A stretch of 64,000 nucleotides of DNA, taken from assembly GCF_006345805.1 (NCBI RefSeq), contig NC_043015.1:17608001-17672000 (forward strand). The letters run 5' to 3'. A model generated the notes under the pieces. That model was given only the letters and a program-made list of their open reading frames with translations, made no database searches and was not told where the DNA came from. Position 1 is the stretch's first letter. Every line of letters starts with the position of its first letter. This DNA is from Octopus sinensis (taxonomy: Eukaryota). Both the position numbers and the translations under genes were made by a program. Below are positions 11,625-24,479 of the stretch, piece by piece.

Positions 11625-12990
11625 GAGCAAAAGTGGGAGGGTGTCAAGGTAGAAGATATAAGATCTGCTCTCAGGAGGTCAAGCAAATGGAAGTCTCCAG
11701 GAAAGGATAAAATTCCTAACTTCTGGCTGAATGCCTTCCCAGAGAGCCATGAACTGCTAACAGAACTGTATAATGATGTTTTGCAACACCCTAGTAGGAT
11801 GCCTTCTTGGCTAGTTAATGGGTTAACATTCCTGCTTCCAAAACGTGAAGAAACAAATAAAGCAAAAAACTATAGACCCATAACCTGCTTAACAACTATG
11901 TATAAAACGCTAACATCTGTCCTGACGGAATATACTTATAGTTTTTTAACAGACAGCAGCATATTCCCTAATGAACGAAAGGATGTAAACGTGGATCCTA
12001 CGGTTGTAAAGACCAACTACTGATCAATAAGATGATCTTAGAAGATTGTCACAAACGACACAAAAACTTATCAATAGCCTGGATAGACTATAAAAAGGCT
12101 TTTGATAGCCTACCACATAGCTGGATTAAGAAATGCCTGGAAATGTATAAGATAGCACCTACTCTGCGAAACTTTTTGACTGTAAGTATGAGATCATGGA
12201 GAACCACACTAACTTTGAACAGTGACAATGAATCCCTAAATGCTGGTGATGTAAAAGTTTCATGTGGCATTTTCCAGGGTGACTCACTGTCACCACTCCT
12301 CTTTTGTTTAGCCTTAATACCTCTCTCAAAACTGCTCAATGACGCGCAGTACTGGTATAAAATGTTTGATAAAAATATAAATCATCTCATTTACACGGAT
12401 GATTTAAAGCTTTTTGCAAAAAATGACCAACAACTCAAGGGCTTACTAGCGATAGTCAAACAATTCAGTGACGACATCAGAATGCAATTTGAAAGACTTC
12501 AGACAAAGAACATGCCTCCTCATTGATATGACTGTCCCAATCGATATAAACGTATCTGTCAAGACCGACCAAAAACTGAGCAAATATAAAGATCTTGAAA
12601 TCGAAATCAGCAAAATGTGGAACCTGAAGACTAAAACAATACCTGTTGTCATAGGTGCCCTGGGAATGATAGCGAAAGGAGCTGATTGCTACCTAACTCA
12701 GATACCAGGAAACCCCAAAATGGCAGAAACTCAAAAGATAGTGCTCATGGGAACTGCTCATATCCTACGCAAAATACTCTCTATGTAATCTCAAGGTTTA
12801 AAACAAACTTTTTTTTAAATTTATTTATTAGACAATCACTAGTACAACACCAAAAAAAAAACAAATATATGGCACACTAGGCATAACAACAACGTGAACT
12901 TCCAACCTGTTGTCTCTTGAGGTCTCTGGGTGAGACTTGGAGCCAACTTGTACAAACATAAAGCAAAAGTCAAACATATAATAATAATGA
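11625..12990 (+). mobile_element. R4/Dong-clade non-LTR retrotransposon, 5'-truncated and internally deleted, next to (TAA)n
   Basis: RT motifs [46 protein letters not shown] and YTDDLK join abruptly to the RLE-type C-terminus LIDMTVP..KLSKYKDL..PVVIGALG. (TAA)n lies upstream and ATAATAATGATG downstream. Confidence 0.8.
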
Positions 12991-13014
12991 TGATGATGAT
13001 GATTATGAAATGCC

Positions 13015-13548
13015 ATGATGCAGTACCAGGCAGTGGCTCTCGTGGCTTCTGATCTTAACTGATTCGAAGTGTCATCATGTACATTGTTTTGTCTTGGTAT
13101 AAAGATGGGCTACAGCAAATATTCTGCTCAATACCACAGATTTGGTTGTCAGTTGTTTGACCGTAACCAGTTGACCATGTCCCTTAGGGGCTGACGATAT
13201 GTGCATCTCTGATCACGAGCAGAAGTAGTGGAGGAGCATCATAGCCATGTGTTGAGAGGGATTCTTTGGGATTTGGATAGTTCACCTCTGGAAATATGTG
13301 TGTTTCGTTCAACATCCTTAAACAACCCTTATTCAGGGACCTTTTGAGCGGGATGGGTTACTCGACCAGAAAAAAATTCTAACTGGGCCCCACCTGCAAG
13401 GTCATGTGATGTTTATTTTGATATGAGATCACCATGTCACGCACATATGGTTGTGATGCATGTGCCTGGTGTACCCTTATCAGACGGGTAGTCATGATGG
13501 GTATACTGGGCTTCGTATATTTTATCCCAGTGTCACTTTGATGGCATG
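13015..13548. mobile_element. Unclassified interspersed repeat
   Basis: GC-richer block that resembles a common octopus repeat from memory; no coding motif seen. Confidence 0.35.
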
Positions 13549-13563
13549 GGAGTATATATTTAA

Positions 13564-13776
13564 CGTTATATAATTAGGGTTCAGTAAAAAAAATTTACTT
13601 TACCACACACCGAACTTTTAGAAATAGCAGCCAAAACATTTTAGCTCTTTCTTCTACTATAAGAAAAGTCTCCCAGACTTATAGTAGAAGAAATAGCTAA
13701 AATTGTTTGGCTGCTATTTCTAAAAGTTCGGTGTGTGGTAAAGTAAATTTTTTTACTGAACCCTAATTATATAACG
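13564..13776. repeat. Inverted repeat, ~100-bp arms with 14-bp spacer
   Basis: 13564-13663 against 13678-13776: about 3 substitutions and 1 indel. Confidence 0.9.
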
Positions 13777-16477
13777 CAATGTTTTAAATATACCGTAAAT
13801 GGTCTTTTTACATACTGAACACTACTTGGTAAAATTGATTAATAATTAATTAATTTTACCCTTTTATTATTGACTATATATATATATATATATATATACA
13901 ATTTTCATGCAATTGAAAAAATCGCATTATTTATGGGATGACCCAATGTGTGTGTGTGTGTGTGTGCGTGTGTGTGTGTGTGTGCGTGTGTGTGTGTGTG
14001 CGTGTGTGTGTGTGTGTGCGTGTGTGTGTGTGGGTAAATGTGTGTGTGAAAATATATTTAATGACACCGGTATGAGATTATGGTACAAAGTTATGGATAA
14101 AATGGAAATATTGAGCAGTGCAGAAAATCATTCCAATTCGTGTTTAAATCTTATTCCTAAAAGTAATTTTTATTGTTACTCTATGTTGTCAATATTTATC
14201 GTAACTCACTGGGCAACTAATATCAGCACTTTTAGAAATTAATTTAAATAGATCTTTACTGAATTGGAACAAAAATTGATCAGTGATTGGGAAGACCAAC
14301 AAAATGGTTTAAGAAGTAAATATTGGTATTTTATATAATAATGAGTGGAGAAAATATGATAATGTCGTGTTGTGTGTTTATAGAAGAACTAGCAAATGCC
14401 CCTCATCCAATGAAGGTTTTTATAGGTGAAGAGGGTTAACTTGGACGGTGTTAAGTTGTGGAGATGTTTGGTGATTGTATGGGGTTGTTACTTTTGGTTA
14501 GAGTGAATGCGATCTTTTGATGAAAGAAGCATTTGTTATTTTACTTATTCGGCAGTGCACTGTGAACTTGCCAAACGGACTACTAAAAGTTAAGGGTGTT
14601 TCAACGACATAACTCAAAATGAAAGACCTGGAATGAAACGTCAGCAATTTAGAAGCAGTAAAATTATTGTAGTGAAGTGGTTGAATAGTGATTTAAAAAT
14701 AAAACTGATCTAATAATGTTGATCTGTTCATTTTGTTTAATGAAGGAATACCGAACATTGGTTGATTAATTTTATGCAGCTGTAAAACCTATTACAAAGA
14801 ATCCGACAAGTCTACCTATTATGTAGTTTGAATGAGAAACTGTAACTAATGATTAAGATTATTAACCCCAAAATTTTACACGTTTTATAGCAGTAAATTT
14901 TTTTCTCTTTTTTGCTTAATTAAAATGGTTGCCTTTTTCTCGTAGCTTTTCATATCAGCTGTAAAGGTGAAGAGGGTTAACTTGGATGGTGTTAAGTAAT
15001 AGAAATGTTAGATGATTCTATGTGGTGGTTACTATTGACTGTTTCTTCTCAATAAGGATAATTGATTGATAACGAATCTTAACACAATATATATACAAGT
15101 TCAAGTGGAACCAAACATCATAAATAACCTTAAACTTTTTGCACTCAAGCATACCTCATGTTGACACCTATATGCCAGACTGAACGCTGTTTTATCTTCA
15201 AAATGAATATTGCAAGTGAAATTTAAACAATTAACAGTTCTTTCGCTTTTGTATTTGACGACTGTTGCTTTCGATTTTCACTGACGTAGTGGTAAGAACA
15301 ACGGGATACGTAACAGTAGCTTCGAATAAAAGAACAGGCAAACATTACGAAAATAGCGATTCTCACTTTGAAACTGACAATTTTGAAAATCTTTTTAGAT
15401 TACAGAACGCCCCGCTCTCTGATATATCCATGTTTAAAATTTCAGCGCGATCGGATGAACAATATTCAAGTTATAACCGCGCAATCAGACAAACAGAACG
15501 AGATTTATATATTAGATGTGTGTAACATGAGTAACAGGATACTCAAAGGATGTTGAAGGAGTAAGAAAACAGCTCAGAAATAAATGCCGCTCCCAGATTC
15601 GGCAAGAAGCAGGAAAACTACAATGTTTCTGTTCAGATATTGAAATTATTTAAAGGCAAAATAATAATCGACCTTCACCGCTTTAAGGTAGTAAAGAGTG
15701 TGGAGATAAATATCCTTGAGCTATTTGCAGAAATTATTTACATAACCATGTAAATTTGTGTGTGTGTGTGTGTGTGTGTGCGCACACACACACACACATA
15801 CTCAAGTTTCAAATCATTCAGTTCAGACATAAATAGAAGAGAAATTAATATCTTCACCTCTGACTATAAGTACATGAGATTCTTCTCACGACACTTGAAT
15901 GACACCATGCGATAATGACATTCAATTGCTTGTTCAGCAATGGCTGGTTCTTACTGTTACATTCTTTTAAACTGCTTTTGAGAAAATCATTTCAAACACT
16001 TCATCTTCTCGCCATTTATAAATATATCACTACTTCACTCTCAAACTATTATGCATATTTCTTTAAAATAAAACATCATTAGTCAATGAAAATAAGAGAA
16101 AAAGGTATTAAGTATATTTCTTTGCAAAGGTGTGTTTCATTTACTTTTTGAGAATATATTTGTTATCTAACGGGAATACAGACTAATAACTGATTATACA
16201 ATGTAAATTGAGATCGTGAGAAGTTTCTATGTAATGATGTCTTGGTGAATTAAGAATTTAACTGTTTAATCAAGTTGGCATTTTTTGTAGATTACTTTTA
16301 TTTAAAAACCGGTTTCTTTCAGATAGAGGCATGTATTACCACTGACATTCTATCAGTAAAATATTTTGACTAATGCTAAAAACTAGTCATATACATGTAA
16401 ATTCTAGGGAGAATTAATAATGATTTAAATGATATTTATTTCTAACATAGGAAAAACAAAATTATTGATTTCTACAG

Positions 16478-16518
16478 ATGTGAACAAATGTGTACAGACA
16501 AATTCTTGCATACTGCTG
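16478..16518 (+). CDS. Candidate 41-bp exon
   Basis: TTGATTTCTACAG| acceptor and CTG|GTAAGC donor. The phase-2 reading (R)CEQMCTDKFLHTA is compatible with the candidate exon at 4303-4456. Confidence 0.35.
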
Positions 16519-17426
16519 GTAAGCTGTATGTGGTCGGTTGAAATAGCTAGTGTCATTTTATGTCATAAAGTGATAGAAATGAGACTTATGGACTTGAGGT
16601 ACATTTTGTAGGGATCTAGCTTGACCCTGCCCGAAATTTGAAACCAAATCCACCCAAAACGAGCGGGAAATCCTCTCCACACTAGATGATTGATGAGTAA
16701 ACACTCGACGCCCTAGGACTTGTGCTGGTCAAGGAAAGGTTTGTTTAGGGTTTGACCTACATTACTGACCATAGTCTTCATAACAGAGAACACTTCCTAT
16801 CTCTTCTTCCTGTTTTGTATCAGTGGACCAAGGAGTAACACGCTCTCCTGCGTCAGCCATGACCAAGAACAACACTTCCCTTGCCCTTAGTTCGACGTAC
16901 GAACAGAAGCTTTCGACCGCAAGAAAGACGATGCCACCTTTATCCTTTCTTCCTTTCTAGTCAGCACTGTGCCTTCCTTACTCTTTCACTCTCTACTGAC
17001 ATACAACCTTTTTCTACTAACCAGCGAGCCAACCTTGTTGTCATTATCACTAGAATTGCTACTGTATCTTTAACTACCTGTCGGGCAAACGAATAAATAT
17101 ATGTAAATTGTGGGATGACGTCAGCAGCTGGGGAGCTGACCGAAACTTGGGACTGACCGGAAGAGGAAGGGGCAGGTGTGACGCGCGCACAAGCAGTGCA
17201 GCATTGGGCTTTTTCGATCGAGGAAACCGAGCGAGTCGGACGTGTGAGCTCGTTGTTAAGGTAGGGGAAAAGCAGCTGCTATTTCTAGTGTTCTGGTCGG
17301 GCCGCGTGGAAGGGTGCATTACCTCTAGAGAGGTCTCCATCGACGAAGAGAAGGTAGGTGTCCTTATTTCAAATCTCCCGCATACACCACAAGCTATTTC
17401 GGCACTCCATATAAGACATCACCACG

Positions 17427-18188
17427 ATGGCAGCGAAAAAAAGGATTGCCAGCGACATTATCAGACTCTTTAATGATGAGGGCGATGTAGTGGCCTGGAT
17501 TCGTAAAATCAGGCTGGTGGCGAGACTGCAAGGCATAAGCGATGTGGCGAGCCTTATGGCGCTGTATTTGGAAGAGAGCGCGTTGACGCTATATCTTGAG
17601 ATGGACGAGGAAGAACGGCTGAGCGAGAAGATTGAGCAACGCCTGAGAGATGCTTACACCGAATGTGAGTACACAGCCTTTGTTAACCTGGGTACGATTA
17701 GATGGACGGAAGAACAGGTAGACGAATACGCGGCGGAAGTGCGAAGGTTAGCCACGCTGGCTGGGTTAACAGGAGAAGGCCTGGAGAGAGCAGCGCGACT
17801 GGCGTTCGTAAGTGGGTTCCCCAACGGCGTAGGGATTCGCCTGCAACAATTGCCAGGGGGCAAAAAGATGGCGTTGAGGGAACTTGTGACTCAAGCACGC
17901 GTATTGACGCGAAACACTGGGCAGAAGGCGATAGCGATGGCGGTAATGAAGGTGCGTAAAGACGGACGACTGCCGGAGAAAGACGCGAAGAAGCCTACCG
18001 TGCAACGACAGCGGCCGTTCTCAGATCGGTGCTTTAGATGTCAGGGGTCGCACATGGCGAGGGAGTGTACGCAACTGGGGCCCGTCTGCTATCGATGCAG
18101 GCAGACAGGACACATTGCCCGTGATTGCGACCAGAGAAACGACCGTGGGGAAGTTGCTGCCTCTCTGACTTTCCCCGCAAACGAGTAG
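17427..18188 (+). CDS. gag: Gag-like protein, open 253-aa ORF with two zinc knuckles
   Basis: CFRCQGSHMAREC and CYRCRQTGHIARDC near the C-terminus; starts 36 bp after the 5' LTR. Confidence 0.85.
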   Translation: MAAKKRIASDIIRLFNDEGDVVAWIRKIRLVARLQGISDVASLMALYLEESALTLYLEMDEEERLSEKIEQRLRDAYTECEYTAFVNLGTIRWTEEQVDEYAAEVRRLATLAGLTGEGLERAARLAFVSGFPNGVGIRLQQLPGGKKMALRELVTQARVLTRNTGQKAIAMAVMKVRKDGRLPEKDAKKPTVQRQRPFSDRCFRCQGSHMARECTQLGPVCYRCRQTGHIARDCDQRNDRGEVAASLTFPANE

Positions 18189-18334
18189 AGGCACTTTTGG
18201 AGACGCTGCCCTTAATTGGTGTCGAGGCCGAGGGGAAGACGTTACTAGGAGAAGCATCCGGAAAGTGGTCGGGAGCTGCGGCAGGTGTCAGTTCATTGAC
18301 ACTGCTCCGTGTGGGAATGAGCAAGGAAACCTTT

Positions 18335-19048
18335 CGGTGGAAACCTTTCGATGGAAAAGGCTAGCTGTGGATGTGACGCACTACCGTCAGGGAATGTATC
18401 TCTCCATGGTCGACTGCGGGCCGGGCCGACTGGCAATTTGGAGGGAGTTGAGAACGGGCATTGCTGACGAGATTGCGCAGATTTTGAACGGGATATTTTT
18501 AGAGAGAGGTCCCGTGGAAGAACTGCTAATGGAAAACGGGCGGCGTTTCGTTCGGAAGCATTGAGGGATATGCTCGACCGGTGGAAAGTGCGTATAGGCC
18601 GAGCGGACAGTCAAGGCCATAGCGGAAAGAGGGCACATTTCGCCGCTGGAAGTGGTTTTTTTGGTACATGTCTCCCCGATCCGGACAAGCTGAAGAATCT
18701 GTGCCGCACAGAACTGTATTTAAATATAAATGGAAGCACCCGAGTAAAGCGCCGGAGGACCACGAGGAAGAGAAGGGATCCACTTGCGTGAAAATAGGGG
18801 AGGAAGTCTGGGTTAAGCCACCAAAGGCGCGTTGTACGTCCCAATGGAGCAGAGGAACGGTGACGGCGGTCAATTCCAGAAACAACGTCTTTGTGGAAGG
18901 AATGCCGTGACATGTCTTGGACTTTCGCAGGATTGTCGCTTCGTCGGACGACGATTGTGGAGAGGGGGAGAACGAGGTGCCTAGCCTGAGAAGATACCGA
19001 CGCGCAAGGCGCCCTCCCGGTTGGATGGTGGACTACGACGTGGAGTAG
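18335..19048 (+). pseudogene. Integrase remnant of the LTR element
   Basis: WKRLAVDVTHY..MVDCGPGRLAIWREL..LERGPVEELLMENG (second catalytic D reads E), then VPHRTVFKYKW and IGEEVWVKPP..WSRGTVT. Stops and deletions present. Confidence 0.75.
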
Positions 19049-20180
19049 AGAGAATGTGATCTTTAAGATCAGGGTGGCGTGTGGGATGACGTTAGCAGCT
19101 GGGGAGCTGACCGGAACTTGTGGCTAACTGGAAGAAGAAGGGGAAGGCGTGACACGCGCACAAGCAGTGCAGCATTGGGCTTTTTCGATCGAGGAAACCG
19201 AGCGAGTCGGACGTGTGAGCTCGTTGTTAAGGTAGGGGAAAAGCAGCTGCTATTTCTAGTGTTCGGGTCGGGCCGCGTAGAAGGGTGCATTACCTCTGGA
19301 GATGTCTCCATCGACGAAGAGAAGGTAGATGTCCTTATTTCAAATCTCCCGCATACACCACATAAATATTTCTTCTTTCTTGGTGCTGAATTTTCGATGT
19401 TCACTGGTTACTCCGACGTGAGAACTTTTAAACGTTACATCTACACGCTACATTTAGTAGTGGGCTACGTCATATCGACGTGATACGGCATCTCACATTC
19501 AACACGCTACAATCTTCCCAGATGATGGAAGGTAAAAAACACCATCCCCCAGTCTACATGATTCCATTTCTATCATTGGACATAACTAAACACCACTCAG
19601 CCATTCTGCTGTCCCTCCATAATTAAATCCCAGGCAATAGGTTTCTCATGCCAGTACCATTATTATTTTTTCTCTCACCACTATGCTCTATTCTCCTCAA
19701 CACTGACTCTCCAAACACTTTCAGTTGAGATGTAATGAACTAAATACATGTTACATGTTATGATTATCAACTTTATGTTGTTACATGTCATGGTAATTTA
19801 TTTTAGGTTATGATTATATACTTCAGTTATGATTATATACTTAAACAAATATATATCAAGTCATAACATTTTAACAATCCATATTATCTCTTATTTCATA
19901 CCATATTTGGTGAACATTTGTACAAGTTTCCAATGGGCTAATCAATGGTTCACTATCCCAGCCAGCATGACCATATCAGGCCGATATCGGGTGAACAGCG
20001 GGATATCGGTAATTTTTTGCCGATATCGGCCCGTCATCAATATGACATCAAAACGGGGTTATTTTACGTTTTGCATTTCTCATTGTCAGTTCCACTTATT
20101 ACTATCACCGTCCATGTAGAAAAAATTGTATTTGTAGTAGTATTGATTCTTTTTGTTTGTTTGTTTGTTTGTTTTAACAG

Positions 20181-20252
20181 TACTCCAACATCGGGCGGAC
20201 GTCAGATTGCTGTCGTACAGCTGCTGGACAATGCAATATCCTTGTGTTTCAA
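20181..20252 (+). CDS. Candidate 72-bp exon
   Basis: Strong polypyrimidine acceptor TTTGTTTTAACAG| and possible donor AA|GTAGGG. The phase-1 reading is (V)LQHRADVRLLSYSCWTMQYPCVS. All three frames are open, so the frame is unresolved. Confidence 0.25.
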
Positions 20253-20452
20253 GTAGGGATAGGGGAAGCAACTCAAAATGCAATCTTAACATTTTCCACA
20301 TCGAAAGCAGGGAAATTCAATATCCCTGTCGAAAGTTAGGATTACAAAACACGTGATTTATTTAGTGTCATAAATAAGACTAAAAACGCTTTCAAATTTT
20401 GCCAGTTCAATATAATGTATGGGAAAATTTAAAGTCTTTCGACTTAAGAAAT

Positions 20453-20855
20453 GGGTTCTTTACGGTTTGAACGGCAGTTTTTAACATAATTTCTAGGTAA
20501 CTAAAAAATGTTTAACTTCGTATACTGGTAGAATGTGTTTATAAAACATCATTTTCTCTTCGTTTTCTTGAGAAAATTCTGTAGTCTGTAACATATTTCG
20601 TCTTTAATTTCTTGCATTTCGGCAATTTTAACCAATCACTGGCGTCTATTGAGTTAAAAAGCATTCTGTGCCGTATGGATATGTCCCTCGTTTAAGAAAC
20701 ACATTGGGTTTATTTACATTTGTGAAGAAAAAAAGATACCCTTCCCCCACCCCTAACCCTAACTAACCCTAAATCTAAAATAGATTGAAATGCAATAGAT
20801 CGATTCTAGGGTCATAATTATTGGTGACCATTTCGTATGACACCGCCAGAAAAAA
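20453..20855. mobile_element. MITE (GGGAT/GAACGGCAG TIR family), partial, with telomere-like repeats
   Basis: Left end GGGTTCTTTACGGTTTGAACGGCAGTTTTT. Inverted homology to 46188-46634. CCCTAACCCTAACTAACCCTAA near 20752-20775. Confidence 0.7.
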
Positions 20856-21519
20856 TGTTGCTTCGGTTCCAAGCGACTTAAAGTTTGGCAACTACCTAAC
20901 AGTAGCCCGTCTGTATCACACTTTGGATAGCCGAATGGAGAGATACAAGAAGTCTAAGATGCCTACCGGAAGATAGGCTGCTATTGGTCAAAGAAGGTTA
21001 CATGATGTCAAAGAATATCAGTTTTGTACAAATATATATACATATATGTTGTTGCATATATGTTTAGGTTCTTGTATATAGATGTGTGGGTGTGTGTGTG
21101 TGTGTGTTTTATAGATTTTTGCATGCAGTTTCTCATGGATACTTAAATGTATTTATTACGTATTAGCATGTAAATATATGTGGGTATTTGTGCACATATA
21201 TTTAGTATATGAAGCAAGAACGGCTGGATTGTAAGAAAATTAATTCAAATGCCTATTTTTATGAGCGTGAGCGTTAACTTTCAACTACACAACAGTTATA
21301 ATTTTAAAAAACAACAAAATTATAACAGATAAAATAATCAAGTAAATAGAATCTACAACTATCGAAATATATTTCTATATATCTCAAATAATATTAATCC
21401 AAATTCGTTTAGGTCGAAGACGATCTTTGGCTATTATAATAACGTACAACAACAATATATAAGTGTAACAATAAAGTTTTATATAACGATAATATGAAAC
21501 GTCGAGGTCATAATCAGTT

Positions 21520-22250
21520 TGTTAAGGATTAGTTCTTCATTGATTGTCATTATGCAAAGATGAAAAAACAGTAATTGAAGTTGTGAAAAAAATATTTATT
21601 TTTACCGTTACATTGTATATACCTTGCCTCGACAGGCAGGCGATAAATCCTAGAGCATGTGAAGTAAAAGAGTTGATTTCGGCCTGTGTATTTCTTATTG
21701 TAGTAGTGTGTTCTTATTGTAGTATTGTACCATAGAGAGAGATATGGTAATGTGCAGAGAAGAGAAATGGAGGTAGTGAAAGTGAGGGAGTGTGGGACGT
21801 GACAACTGCTTCGTTGGTGAGATACCATAGTTGTTCTCTTTGCCCTTTTCTTTTTGTGACGGCGTTTTGTTTAGCCTGTCAGCTAGACTCTGATCTCAAT
21901 AACTGAGTTGTCACCAAGTGACTAACTGATTGAGTTGTTACAAACTGACTAACTCATTTTTGCTTGTTTTGTTTTTTTATTACTATCCAGAAGGATAGAT
22001 ATATCATTGAAAACAATGAATTTCGTTGGTGGTACTTATTATCTTAATTCTAGCTTTTGGTGGCTTATAAGAGGTTAGAAGGGTCAAGTGGTGAAGACAT
22101 TATTTTGGCCTAGATATGGCAATCTGGCAAATGTAAAACTGCTGTCACAGAAAAACTATTTTTCCACCGTGAGAAAAATTCTGTGGAACTGTTGCTTGAA
22201 ATTTTGCTATGGTGGATCGAATCCACTTCATGCCTGCAAGATCCACTACA
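21520..22250 (-). mobile_element. Solo-LTR-like repeat (TGTAGTGG start on minus)
   Basis: Homologous to 58994-59638; TG..CA-type ends; no TSD found. Confidence 0.45.
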
Positions 22251-22948
22251 TAAGTGTATAAATTAAGTATCAGGGTCTTACTTAATATAGAGACTATAAT
22301 AAAATGTGTAAATAAATATATATGATTATATAGTATTATATTGGTAGTATATAACAACTCTTCTCTTTTATTTAAAGTTACTGATATAAAAAAAAGATTG
22401 TTTAAAGTAACTAACAAAAAATGTTCTTTATTTACTTAATTTATTGGAGGGAGAATTCTGTAATAAATGTGAAGAGAAACTTAGAACTATAATACCTACA
22501 ATCTATATTACCCCATAGATATAGAATTGGGTTATAATAATGGATATCAAAATATTACTAGTTTTTCAGAAGTTACACCGTAACTAACAAGAAAATGTCC
22601 CTATATACGCATATTATGGAAGGGAGAACTCAGTAAATAAATTAAAGATAAGCAAAAACAAGGATTTATTACTGATACATGATAAATCTAATCAATATTA
22701 TTTTTTTAGGTAAAGGACTATAAATAGTATATATCCAAATTTTATTAATTCTTTGAGAAGTAACAAAATTATATTATTGAAATAAGAATGCAACCTATAA
22801 GCTACACAATACTATAAAAATTATTATTGTGGTTATAAAATTTAGTTAGTAAGTCAAATAAAACTATTCATTTATCATCATCATCCTCCTCATCATCATC
22901 ATTATTATTATCGTCATCATCATCATTAATGAATTAATTAATTAACCT

Positions 22949-23147
22949 ATGTATAAATTTGATGACGGGTCAATACTTCCCTTCACAAATACTGATAGGG
23001 CACAGACAGTGTGTCAATAGCCAGCTGGATGAGAAGTCTTCCTGGGGTTACAAGCTAAATGTGTATGCGTATTCATATGTGAGTATATATGGGTATAGTT
23101 GTATATGTGTATATCTTCTACTTGTATGTATATATGTGCAAGTATGT

Positions 23148-23205
<58 letters not shown>

Positions 23206-23400
23206 TGAAGTATGTTTACCACCTAAATGTGGCTAACCCTTAAGGGTCGATGCTACTGTAGCTTGTAACCCCAGAAAGACATCTTCTCCAGCTGGAAGTC
23301 ATCGTTCCCATCTCCAGCTTCAAGTGATACACACGGACCTGAGTTTCTGAGTATTGACCAGTCATCAGATTTATACATAGATACACAAAGATATATACGT
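22949..23400. repeat. Diverged inverted repeat pair flanking an (AT)n tract
   Basis: TATGTATAAAT(T/C)TGATGAC(G/T)GGTCAATACT and CCAGCTGGA..CTGGGGTTACAAGCTA occur on + at 22949-23058 and on - at 23259-23385. Confidence 0.7.
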
Positions 23401-23627
23401 ACAAGATAAATATATAGAAGTATACAACCAATACATACACACCGATATACAAACCTACATATATACACGCATATGCACACATAAATGGATACATACGAGT
23501 AGAAATAATACACACTTAATAAAATTTTATAAATACATATTTAGGAACAGTGTGTACAAGATAGAACACTCACACGTTTTTCATTAAGTAATTTCTTCTT
23601 AGATGTTAATCTATAGTATAAATCCCG

Positions 23628-23663
<36 letters not shown>

Positions 23664-24479
23664 CAGCCGTATTTTTCAACTGATTCTCTCGAAACTGGTA
23701 ACATAGGGTAGAAAACACCCGTTCTTGGATTACGCGGATAAGGGAGATAACTCTTTGCAAAATAACTTTCAGATATTTATTGTCTCCCTTACATTCATTG
23801 GTCATAAAAATATTTGAATATTGCTTTTTATATTAGATTCACGTCTTTGACAGTTTTTTTGAAATATTTACTTCCGGTTTTCTAGCGTCATTGACATCTA
23901 TATCTCTCTATATCTGTCTGTCCATCTCTATCTATCTCTCACTCTCTATATCTCTCTATCTATATCTCTTTATCCATCTCTATCTCTATATCTATCTCTC
24001 TGATAGATCTTATCTATCTATATGTATCCTATTTGTCTAACTAGTTAGCTCTCTCTATATATATATCACTTACTCTCTATTATTTTCCCTTTCATTTTTC
24101 AGACGATATTGTTTTCACTGTAAGTTTACAAACAACAACGACAAATTACTGAAAGAAAGAAGTTCACAATTACTGACCAAACTAATTTCATACATAATTT
24201 ACTGACAGAAGTAACTTCATAAATTTCATTTCAATCCGTACACTTCGTTAAATTTGCCCACAAATTTTTTTATTTATTTTTGCAACGTTTTGTGTATGTT
24301 TTTTTTCTTGTTTTTTTTTGGGAGGTGGGGCCGAATTACTGATAAAGATCATAATTTAGTGACAGAAATAACTTCAAAAATTTCTGATAAATCCGTACAC
24401 TTAGTTAATTTCCCTAAAAATTTCGGTAAATTGTGTGTAACACTCGCATGACTTTCACTAAGAAAAAAAACTCGTAGTT

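Larger units (their letters stand above)
17109..19362 (+). mobile_element. Ty3/gypsy-like LTR retrotransposon lacking RT and RNase H
   Basis: 283-bp LTRs (17109-17391 and 19080-19362) with TG..CA ends and 15 differences. 5-bp TSD TAAAT at 17104-17108 and 19363-19367. Internal gag plus integrase remnants. Confidence 0.95.

Noticed and set aside
14424-15040. ~75-bp diverged direct repeat 541 bp apart
   Set aside because: No TG..CA ends, TSD or internal features; an ordinary old duplication.
21410-21510. CGAAGA..GAAACGTCGAGGTC hammerhead-like words
   Set aside because: U16.1 is missing and there is no helix I or II pairing.
22420-22850. Possible very old endonuclease remnant in AT-rich DNA
   Set aside because: Only scattered residue similarities; no continuous motif.
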